NCBI GenBank assembly: GCA_024704765.1
Contig: JAKMXF010000332.1
Span: forward strand, 1,109,080-1,173,079
Length of the DNA: 64,000 bases
Source of the DNA: Oopsacas minuta
Lineage: Eukaryota > Animalia > Porifera
Direction: 5' to 3'
Both the position numbers and the translations under genes were made by a program. A model generated the notes under the pieces. That model was not told the DNA's origin, ran no database searches, and was given only the letters and a program-made list of their open reading frames with translations. Shown here piece by piece: positions 1 through 10,750 of the stretch; the stretch's first letter is position 1, and every line of letters starts with the position of its first letter.

Positions 1-1636
1 TTCTTGTGAAACCAGAGTAACTGTTCACCAGCAGTTTAATCAATCAGAACTGAATGACTTAGTACGTGATTTAGATCTGCCCAAACAAGCAGCTGAGCTC
101 TTAGCTTCTACGCTCAAAGAAAAACAGGTGCTGGATCGAACTGTAAAGGTTTCCTTTTTTCGAAAAAGAGAAGAACTCCTTCTACCCTATTTTTCAGTGG
201 AAAATAAGCTGGTATATTGCAACGATATTCCTGGTCTTCTCGGACAACTGGGTATCTCCTCATATGATCCAGGAGAATGACGATTGTTTATGGACAGTTC
301 CAAGCGCAGCCTCAAGTGTGTTCTTTACACAATGGAAATGTTTATGGAGCTGTTCCAGTTGGTCACTCCACTGTCTTGAAGGAACAGCATGATGATATTA
401 GAATTGTTATAGATTTACTCGGATATCATGATCACAACTGGATCATTTGTGTTGACCTCAAAATGGTTAGTTTTCTGCTAGTCAGCAAAAGGATACACTA
501 AATTTCCATGTTATCTGTGCATGTGGGACAGCAGAGCACGTGAAAACATTGGACACAGAAGGAGTGGCCCTTACGTGAAACATTTCAAGCTGGCATGCTT
601 AACGTAACACACGACCCGATCGTATGCAGAGACAAAATTGTTTTTCCGCCCCTGCACATCAAGCTAGGCCTCATGAAACTGTTCGTTAAAGCCCTAAATC
701 CTGACAATGAATCCTTTCATCATCTTGTGTATACTTTCCCTGCTTTGTCATATGATAAAATCAAAGCAGGAGTGTTTGATGGACCACAGATACGTACACT
801 TATTCGCGACAAAAACTTCATTCAGAAAATGAATGTCAAGGGGAAAGCTGCATGGCTATCTTTTGTGGATGTTATACAGAACTTTCTTGGTAACAGAATG
901 GCTCCAAACTATGAAATGCTTGTATCCGAGATGCTCTCAGGGTTTCGTGATTTAGGATGCAACATGAGCATAAAAGTACATTTTCTGTACAGCCACCTGG
1001 ACAAATTCCCTGAAAACCTTGGGGCTGTCAGTGACGAGCAGGGAGAGCGTTTCCACCAGGATCTCATGACGGTGGAAGAACGCTACCAAGGTCGATGTGA
1101 TCGACATAAGATGGCAGACTATTGTTGGGGCATTAAACGTGATTGTGCTCACAAAGCGTACAAATGCAGAAGTTATAAGAGGAAATTTTGTCCAGAGTTG
1201 TTGAATATTTGAATCTTTTGCATCTTGTCATTGATCGCTTTAAGTTACTATTGTAGATTACCATCCTTCTTTTCTATGTCAGTTTGTAAAAAGTCAATGT
1301 TTTTACATGCATATTACCAGCAAAACTATTGTTTTGTACATTTTTTAAACATTTGTTTCTTATCTGTCTACAAATACAATTCTATTGGCAACATAAAAGT
1401 TTTTCGGCACCTAATTTTGTTTTGAGGCTAGTTATTCAACTGTAAGCAGAACATCATTTGACAAATCATATCACTTTTTCAAAAATTTGAATTTTGTGCA
1501 AAAAAATTAAACATCTCGATTTGCAAAAAATCTAGAGCTTGCAGAAAAAAACTAAGTTCGGATTCGGAATCAGCGCCCCAAATTTAGGTATAAACAAGTG
1601 TTGGTGGAAATGCAACAAAATTTTTGTTGAGCAGTG
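1..1636 (+). mobile_element. 3' part of a Chapaev3-like (CMC group) DNA transposon, 5' end outside the window
   Basis: Transposase remnant 2-1212, then a subterminal GATTCGGAATCAGCGCCCCAAA motif and a terminus ...TTGTTGAGCAGTG (CAGTG 1632-1636) followed by TTA. This fits CACTG...CAGTG ends with a 3-bp TWA TSD. Superfamily assignment is from recalled motifs. Confidence 0.65.
2..1212 (+). pseudogene. Degenerate Chapaev3-like transposase
   Basis: Stitched reading: FNQSELNDLVRDLDLPKQAAELLAS...YDPGE*RLFMDSSKRSLKCVL / LHNGNVYGAVPVGHS...WIICVDLKMV / GYTKFPCYLCMWDSRA / PPLHIKLGLMK...GVFDGPQIR...KVHFLYSHLDKFPENLGAVSDEQGERFHQD...RYQG...MADYCW. In-frame TGA at 278-280 and at least 3 frameshifts. Confidence 0.85.
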
Positions 1637-2639
1637 TTATTGAGCCGTATATTCACAAGCATTTGTGCGAATCCCTCTATCATCATTAGATCCTTATTGT
1701 AGGAGGTATCTTAAAACGTGGAATAATTTCCACTCTACTTTAACATCATTTCCAGAAAGAAGATAGTGTCACTTGATGCTGAGTCATACCGTCCATTTGC
1801 TTTAATCACTGATCCTGAAATTAGAACTTATTCCGCAGAAATTATATTACCTAGAATCGCGGACACCACATGAGGACTTCCAGATCTAGACTTGGCTTCT
1901 TTCGATTCCTAGACTGAGAGCTTTTGACTTAGTCTACGTATCAAATACATCGTTTCACTTTGATTCTTCAAACGTAATCAAAGACATTTTCTTAAATGTT
2001 CTTTCAGTGGAGTATTCAACGATATAAATCTCTAAGTCTGGCTATTTGTTGGAAAGTTTAGAAATTGGTGCCTGTAAATAGACAAATTTTAAAAGACTTC
2101 TTAACTACGGTTTTCGATTTCCTTCGATGCAAGCATGTCTGGCAATTCTGTAGGCCAATATTCTTAATGGGCCCGATAAAGATAGGTAGAGCTCAAGGCT
2201 TCTCAATTGGACCTTTCGTTTCTTATTATTCCATCCTGAGTTTGACAATTCAAGATTACTTTCAAAATTAGGTCAGTTCCTGATTCCCAATACCTAATCA
2301 AACTTTGATATCTTATTCTTTTTCAACCTATTGCGATAGATAGCACGCTAAAGCTGTTGTAGCAGCCTGCGGAACCCTAACCTCTCACCTCTCTGTGTTT
2401 CCAACCCTTACTTCTCAACGAACAATACAAATTATCACTTAATCAGTTTATGTAGATATGTCGTCGAAAATAGTAACCAAGCCAGAATGCATTTTAACTT
2501 AGTTGTAAATAATTCTATTCTCAATTATGTATATGAATCGAGAGATAGCGTAACCACAAATTTCCTTCATTCTAATTTTGCATAGCCGAATTGCTACAAT
2601 TACTACAATATAATCTACCAATTGTAGGTGTCATGTTGA

Positions 2640-3150
2640 TTATTGCAATATCACTAATATCGTCTTGTCAGAGAATCCCTTGGAACCACTCAGCATTGCT
2701 TATGGAACCCGTTTGTTATCGAGGATTCATGCCTAGCAGAGTAACAATCATTTATAAGCACATCATTTTGTTTGGATATAGGTTGTTATCAATTACTAAT
2801 ATTATTGGAAACGAGGTATTCTACGACAATTCGCCTATTACTCTCCTATGTTTTGAAGGCCATGCAAATGTCGAGATTGTCCGTTCCATGTTCGATCCCA
2901 AAATGGTAGCTTTGTTGTTTGGCCCGGGAGAGGGCTTCTTGTCATCAGGGTGCTGCAACAGATAAACAACTAATGGTATAGAATCACTATGAAACGGATT
3001 CGAGCTATTCTCCTAGAAATGTTCAAAATCAGTGTGTTAATATCTGTTTTCAGGAATACTATATAAGAATATTAGTGCTTATTATTCATATCTGAAAATG
3101 CCCTAGTTCCACTTTCTAACCCACTGCGATTTCTCTCATTCAAAAATACC
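2640..3150 (+). pseudogene. Heavily decayed Transib (RAG1-like) transposase relic
   Basis: ORF 2591..2965 contains HIILFGYRLLSITNIIGNEVFYDNSP and GHANVEIVRSMFDPKM. These match HSIILFGFKVLSMTDSTGFPLYVDTSP and GHIEVEIIRSIFDTKM of the Transib at 32841-35726. A frameshifted ASCHQGAAT follows (cf. ASCHLCTAT). Confidence 0.6.
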
Positions 3151-3171
3151 ATAATTGGTAAGGATATACCC

Positions 3172-3207
3172 CACAGTGGGGCAAAATGGCAATTATGGGG
3201 TTATAGG
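3172..3207 (+). mobile_element. Solitary Transib-type terminus
   Basis: CACAGTGGGGCAAAATGGCAATTATGGGGTTATAGG matches the Transib end at 60013 at 26 of 36 positions. No partner end was found. Confidence 0.5.
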
Positions 3208-6200
3208 TACTTGCACTGATGGAATAGTTTAAAGTTTTGTCATATATAGTAAAACGACTTTGTAGATTTCAAAAATGGTACCAGATTTCAGTTGCACTTC
3301 CGGTTTTGGAGCTATAATCTGTGGTATCTTCATATAGATCATAATTATGGTTCAGGAATAAATGAGTTCTAAATATTTGAACTCAATTATCTCACCCCTA
3401 TCTATTGATTAACCTTGAATACCAATGCATATGCTGAATTAAATTCTGCATAGGATACTTCATAAGTAGACACTAATTAAATAGCAATAATTTACGATTG
3501 ATATAACTAAAATAATTATTTTTCAAAGGTAAATTCCATTCGAATCGCTATAACCTATGCATTCAATGTTAAGAAGAAAAAATATATGGACGCCTTTGAG
3601 TTGGTCAAGAAATTATTGAGAATTTGTATTGTAAGATTGGGGACTTAAAATAAGTTTTACGGATCTGGAATATGTATGTAGACAATTAGACGGCTAAAAA
3701 TTCTTGAGAATGAAAAAATGATTATTTAATTGTTTTGCAAACGAGTTAAATTTGATCACATACGAATACAGATAAATGCCATTGAATTACCGAATATCCA
3801 GGTATGCTTAAATATCGCCGAGTATTTGAGGAATAAATATTTATGACTTTTCAGGTTTTCAGATTCCAAATATTAGCCTAAGTTGAGACTTTGGTTATAC
3901 AAATTGCAAGTTCATTAAGTTATTAATAATAGTATATTTCTAGGCTTGAAATGGTGTGTCCCTGATATTTCTATTTTATTATTGAGACACTCAAACGAAT
4001 GTTTCTCATTAGTCATATTGTTATATTTGCTGCACAATTTTATTCATCCTTCTCTCAATGTACTCAGGTAATGCGAAAGACCCAAGATGGTGCACTAGAT
4101 TTCCATGGTAGTGCAACAATCCACTATGGAATTAGACTGTTCCTGTGATAAAGAAACAGTAAAACTGTGGCACTTTGATTGCAGTTCCTTGTCTCGTTCA
4201 TTGTGCACTCTTTGCTGTTGTCGTTGACGAAACATATCAATTCTGTAATAAAAGTACCATAACGATCACCACTTAAGTATTTACTGTTATTAAATTGCCA
4301 TTTTAATACTGCCGGGTATATGTGTGATTTCTGACCTGAACAGGCACCAAAATATCGTTTTAGTGCCGGAATTGGTTAAACTTAAAACTAATTGGTAATA
4401 TCTTAATTATCCTTTTCATTATGAACGTAACACTTCGGCTGTAATCGGTTTACGCAGTCAGTAGGTCATATTTTTAATAGGCCTACGTCCTAGGCTATAC
4501 TTCTAAAACTTGTTATATATTTTCTATTTAGTTCTCTTGGACATAATCCTCTCATCCAATGTGTTCCTTCCGAAGAAGAAATAATTCTCATTCGAAGTAA
4601 TCTAGCTGCTGCTGAGAGGGCTGAAGAGGAAGAGGAGGGAGTAATACCATCTGAGGTTAGCTTCCGGAGGAGTGTGAGTTTAGTTAAGGTGAGTACAGTT
4701 GTAATCTTCCAACATATTTCTGGCGTCCGCTGCTACTGAAAACGTCGAGCCTCTCAGAATGTCATCTCATCAAAACTATCTGGTCTAACATTTAACTAAC
4801 GAGTGGGGCTAAATGTTATTTGCATGAGTTTGTATATTGGGGCTAGAACTAAGAAATCACAACGATATAAATGTTGCTGTGTATTAGAAATTTTGTGCGT
4901 ACACGTACACACGAAGTTTCAATAGTGTCTGCTCGTACACACAGCGCTAAAACTATATAATATAGTTCAACTTGTTTTGCAACATTTATTACGAAGATTA
5001 CAATTCTGAATATATTGGATGAAAAACTATAATTGAATGAATGTTCTTGATCTTCTTGAAAGAAATCCTTGAATTGCATTGCAAATGTTGAATCTTGTAC
5101 TAGATATGACATATTGATTGTAATTCTAAGGGTAGCATGATCATATCTTGATTTGATTCGTTCTTTGTTTATTCGAATCATGTAATGATTTGAAAAGCTA
5201 TCTTGTGATTAAGGGAAATAGACTTGTCAACAACCTTGAATTCTTTGCGAAATTCTAGTATAATATGAATTAGTATTTGAGGAAAAATAGTGTGCAAATT
5301 GAATACTTGAATTCACATAGGAAATCCTGTTCGTCGCGATAGAATTAAAATGCTACATTTGGACCGAAAATATGCATTCAGACTTTCGTTTATCCGAACC
5401 GCTAGAAAGAACATATTATTTATGAAAATTGTTCAATTTTCTTCTTAAAAAGTATGCTTATGCTACTTTAATACTAGGTTTTCCGAAGCTGTGATCTTTT
5501 AAGGCCCTTATTTTAATATATATTCAGTCAAATATTCCAAATTTCAATCCCAATTTCATATGTCCTTAAGCTCTGAATTTACATAGGAAATACATTTCAG
5601 TTCTCCCAACAATTTCACTTATCCGTACACGAAAATAAATATAGTGTGACCAGTGGCGGTCCCAAAGTGAGCCAAACGGGGCATTTGCCCTAGATTTGGA
5701 GATCCTGCGCTCGACCCGTCACCCGGTCTGACTGATTCTCGGACCCCACAGCCTATTATACAATAAGATTTTGCTCCGGGTATGGCCGATCCTGGTACCG
5801 CCCTAGGGTATGACGAATGTGAAATCTATTGGTATTTCACATGCACACACTCCAGGGCCGTACCCAAGAGAGTCCAGGAGGGGCTCAGCCCTCCCTGGAG
5901 AAATTGAACCCCCCTAGAGAATTTGAGCACCATTTTTTAAAGTACTTTTGCTGTGCAATATCTCTATCATGTTATCTTGGAATTTTGAATACTTTATTTA
6001 ATTCCTTTTAGATATTTATTGTAGATGAGTGAGTTTGGGTAGTTATACTTTACCATGGAGGCCGGAACTCTTTAATCCGGAAGGCTAGGGCATTAGGATC
6101 TTTCGATCAAAGATCGTACGATCCAGATCTAGATTCTTTTTTGAGGACCTGAAGGGGATCGTCAATCCATTTGCAAAAGTAGGATCGAGATCCTTCTAAA

Positions 6201-6450
6201 TATCCACAAGTAATAGTACTGTTTCAAGTTATATTCTTAATTTGGACTGACTAACGAGCACAATTTGTCACTAACTCGAAACTCTCAATTCAATCCATAC
6301 AGAAAGTGGATTATCAATAGACTACTAGAAGATCGTAAATTGAATAGTAATCGGATAGTTGATCCTTTTAGAATTTAAGATCGAAATCAGGAACGCCGAT
6401 TATAATTTCAGCCAGGATCGAGATCGGAATCTAGAACCTCTAATTGAGGA

Positions 6451-8717
6451 CAGGGTGACCAGTCGTCCTTTTTTGGACAATTTGTCCTTTTTTTACTCTA
6501 GATTTTAATGACTCTTTAATTAACACGGGATACTAGAGTGGATTGTAACTTATTGTATACCCTTCTTTATTCTTTCTTCAGCATCACTATAATTCATAAG
6601 TCGGGTTCATTATTCTTACTTACTTTATTACATATTGGATAACATTCTTTTCCCTACATTGTTTCTCCTTTTGAAAACATTTCTAAGAAGTTTTACTCTT
6701 ATTCTTTTGAGCAATTGTCTCCATGGCGAAAAGAAAATGTATTTTCCGAGAAAATCTCACAGAAGATTATCCATTTATTAATTCTAGTAATAGAGGTGCT
6801 AATTTCGCCTACTGCAGTATTTGTAATACCGATGTTAACATCGGCAATGGCGGAATTTGTTCGATTAAACAGCATCTATGTTCAACAAAGCACTTGTCTT
6901 GTGAACATGACATATGCACTACACACACCATCGCACTATTTATTAGGTATAAAATTCTCCCATTAGTTTAAAGATTGCTGCAGCAGAGGGTGCGTTTGCA
7001 TTTCATACAGTAAAGCACCACCATTCCTTCAGGACAATTGATTATACATCTCGCTTGCCCTCAGTCTGTTTTTCTAATTCTGAAATTGCGAAGAACTTTC
7101 ATTCTGCTAGAACCAAAACTGAAAGCATTTTAACTGGCGTTTTAGCACCTCTAAGCGTTGACGAGCTATTAGTTGAATTAAAATCTAGTATAAAACTTTC
7201 AATATCAACTAATGCTTCAAACCATGCTGAATTAAAGACATTTCCTGTTATTATACGCTATTTCAACCAAGACAGCATTGAGAATAAGCTCTTAGATTTT
7301 ATTCATCTAGAAGGTTAAAAAAGCTCACAGGTTACAGACATGCTTTTGGATGTTATTTCGAAATATCAAATAAATATAGAGAAAATGATAGCATTTTGTG
7401 CGGATAATGTACCTGTTAACTCCTGTGGTGTTAACAGATCAGGAGGTGAGAATGTTTTTACAAAGTTAAAACAAATTATTACCAAGTTAATTCCTTTGGG
7501 TTGTCCATCACACCTTGTACATAAATCTGCTCAGATTGCCGCAGAAAGTGGTCTATCTGTAGATGTCGAATCAATTATTGTAAACATTTCCTCTTTCCTT
7601 TCTGGAGAAAGAAGTGGAGTACTTCAATGACATCAAAATTTAATTGAATTTTGTGATTTCTTGGAGTTACAATACTTGAAGCTTCAAATCATGCTAAGAC
7701 AAGATGGTTCACGTTATACCCTCTGCTTGAGAGGATTTGCAAATTTGGGAAGCTTTGAACTCTTATTTTCTATCCAATGAAATCTGTCCGAGGTTGTTGG
7801 AAACTTTTTTTAGTTCTGATCTCTGCCAATGCTACTTTCTTTTCTTGCATAGGCTCTTAAAGTATTCAATAACACCAATTTGATTCTCAAAGAAGCAACC
7901 TTTCATTGCCCGAAATGATTCATACAGTCAGAAAATTAGAATTCACTTTGCATGATAGATATAAAAGTGAATTTTTGGGAGCACTACCGAAATCGAACTG
8001 AAAAAAACACTCCAAAATTCATCAAGCCAAAAATTTCAAATCCGAATACTTGGCATTCCATCAAATTTCATCAGAATATCTCGATAAGTGGCTACATCTG
8101 GATAGATTTTCACAGAATTTGGATTGGCTATTATTAGAAAATCTTGAGTTAATTAATTGCTCAATGTTAAGACAATCTGCTGAATTCTTGTGCCCAGAAA
8201 TAGCTTTTAATTACGATTTATTTGATGAAGTATGTTGTCTTCAACGAATCATTCCATTGTCTATGTTATCATTCAAATCAATAAGTCTCGATCAGCGTTG
8301 GGCTACCATAACAAAAGATAGATTTTCTTCATAAGAAAATTGGTGTCTATTATTTTTGCTATTCCTGCAACGAACGCTTATTGTGAGCGAGTGTTCAGTT
8401 TATCTAAGGTTCAATGGAGTGATGAACGAAACAGGTTAGATGTTACTACTGTTGCTTCTATCCTTAAAGTTTTGACATATTTCAATTGAGTAGCAAAGAA
8501 ATGCACAAGAAATTACTGAATAACCAAGTTGTGTTAAAGAAGATTAGCTCAATTGAAAATATTACTAATTCTATTTTATTTCCTTACTTTATTGATGTAA
8601 AATCAATTTTCATAGATTAGCATATACTGTTATCGTTCAATGTTCAGTGATTTACGTATACACTGTATATCATAGAAAAGTGTCCTTTTTTTATAACGAA
8701 GATATCTGGTCACCCTG
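6451..8717 (+). mobile_element. Full-length hAT DNA transposon
   Basis: Perfect 12-bp TIRs CAGGGTGACCAG (6451-6462) and CTGGTCACCCTG (8706-8717). Perfect 8-bp TSD ATTGAGGA (6443-6450 and 8718-8725). Confidence 0.95.
6723..8490 (+). pseudogene. Degenerate hAT transposase
   Basis: N-terminal zinc finger (AYCSICNTDV...IKQHLCSTKH), SISTNASNH (first catalytic D appears as N), FCADN, LGCPSHLVH, KTRWFTL and the dimerisation motif FAIPATNAYCERVFS...SDERNRL. Multiple stops and frameshifts. Confidence 0.9.
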
Positions 8718-10575
8718 ATTGAGGATCATCTAAAGCCCTAAGGCAGTGTGCACCTGATTTAATAATATTTGTGTACCCTCCCTGAATAGTAGGGTTTTAA
8801 CCTCCCTCACACCCATGGATATAGCCTTAGTGATTAAGAGAGGTATCTGCTGCCTAACTAGTAGAGGAATACCCTGCCTGACGACTAGGTGTATGACGAG
8901 GTATATCTTCCCTGTAAAAGAGGGGCATACCCTCTCAAATCATCTGGCCTGAAAAAACAAGTGAGTATCAAACCTCGCAAACTCTCGCAATTTCGGCGCG
9001 TATGTACTTTACTACATCATTTATATACTAAAAATAAAAGTCACTATCTGTGCCGATAGCATTGTATTTTGATAGAATTTAGTAAAAAAGCACTATATTA
9101 GAGTCACCATAAATATTAAATTTCTCCAAATACACTTCTTGCTCCCAATGAATTGTGCATATTTCAAATCCTTCAATTAATATTCATTGCTGGCGGCACA
9201 GAATATAGAATTTTTTACTCGCTCAGCTCACAGATTCAAGTTAACTCGCGAGCTTCGCTGCGACAGCTTAGTGCCTCAGGTTAGATTAAATATTAAAAGA
9301 TAAGTTTCTTAGTGCTTTTGGTCTCTGCGGCGGGATAAAAGTATAGTAGCTTAGGTGATAAATAGCCTACATTCATTCTATTACTACTTTTCATATATTC
9401 TGGTGACCCAATTATGTTTCAAACTGTGGTTTTGATATTGAAGGAATTATAAGTATGGTCTGAATATTCACTGGCATTGGTATGGAAGTTGTATTACGAT
9501 TAATTATGAATAATTGCTATTCTAACATTTGGACAACCAGGTGACTTCGCATTTATCCATTACAAACATGCCTTATATTGTTATATTTAAACGTGGTATT
9601 TGTTTGTCTAACTAGACAGTGTTCACTTATTCTGAATGTTCTCTTTTTTGATAAATTTTACCAAACATGTCTGAACGAAAATTGAAACATCGCTCTAAAT
9701 TTTGAAATTAACACGTAGTGAAAGGCCAAAGAATATTCTACAGTGCACAGTTACGAACTTTTTGAAAGCCCTAAGTATATGTTTGTATGACCAGAATTGA
9801 TTGAAGAAACTCGAAGAGCCCCAGGGCTGATTTGTGGCATGTAGTGGTATTTTGGGGCTTGCTCAGACAATTTCGAGTACTGGATGAAAGTTCACACCTA
9901 TGAAGAAATTATGATGTAATTGTCACATTTGGGATGTTAGAAAACTCACATTGTTAACCACTGCTCAGCCAATATGATGGATAGGTGGTTGATATTTGAA
10001 TCACAGGCACCCGTCAGTATGCCTCATCAAGAAATGATTATATCATGATCAATGCAAAATTTGATTTATTTCCAAATTCCAAGATTCCTAACCCATTGTC
10101 ACAGAATGCCATTAAATGGAATTTTGATGGTCCATAGATAATAAAGAATTCAAATTTCCGTCAAAGGTAAACTTCGTGGCACATAGTCCAAAAGTATCAA
10201 TAAATTTAGTTGTTTAACACTTATGCTACCCAGAGGCATTAAGTTGTCACACTGCGACCTAGTACGCGAAGCGCGCTAGTACAGAATTATTGCGTTTTAA
10301 TAGTTAGATGGATAGGTTTCTAAAAGCCCTTTTCGATGATTATTTTACGAAGATATTAGATTCAACATTGATGAAAGTAAACTTCAATACGATGTAGATG
10401 GGACAAAATACCTCATTTCGATTTAGGTTGCTTAGCTATGGGGGTTAGATGGACTGGAGATGCTAATTTTCCACAGCCTGAATGTATTTGTTTGTGTTGA
10501 GGAGCTATCAATCACTGGTATGGCTCTAGCTAAATTTTAGCGGCATTTTCTACGATACATAGCTACCCAGCAGAC

Positions 10576-10750
10576 AAATCTCCGTGGAACGCATTATAGT
10601 GACTACTGTTGGCTATAGTGTCTCAGTTGACCCCAATATGGAGGTAACTGTACGCAATGGAGTTTCTGTGGATCCCGATATAGAGCGTACTGTTGGCGAT
10701 TAGGTTTCTGTGGATCTCAATATGAACACTACTGTTGGCTATGGGCTCTA
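10576..10750 (+). repeat. Diverged 42-bp tandem repeat, about 4 units
   Basis: ACTGT anchors at 10605, 10647, 10689 and 10731 (period 42). Confidence 0.85.

Larger units (their letters stand above)
6086..8740. mobile_element. Outer non-autonomous hAT-like element (about 380 bp once the nested hAT is removed)
   Basis: Imperfect TIRs TAGGGCATTAGG (6086) and TCTAAAGCCCTA (ends 8740), with many GATC-containing subterminal repeats. No 8-bp TSD; only AGGC lies on both sides. Confidence 0.4.

Noticed and set aside
4849-5181. 110-aa minus-strand ORF and similar short AT-rich ORFs (for example 57999..58433, 58562..58882, 53141..53401)
   Set aside because: They have no recognisable domains, and their composition is typical of chance ORFs or MITE sequence.
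8765-8778. GTG-TACCC as the right end and TSD for the 3172 terminus
   Set aside because: The preceding sequence does not resemble a TIR (ATTTGTG rather than CACTGTG).
10264-10280. Helitron 3' end (CGCGAAGCGCG hairpin plus CTAG|T)
   Set aside because: The stem is only 4 bp and lies upstream of the + strand Helitron fragment, so it cannot be that fragment's 3' end. It is too short to support on its own.
10605-10750. CRISPR-like array
   Set aside because: The units are contiguous and diverged with no unique spacers, the context is eukaryotic, and there are no cas genes.
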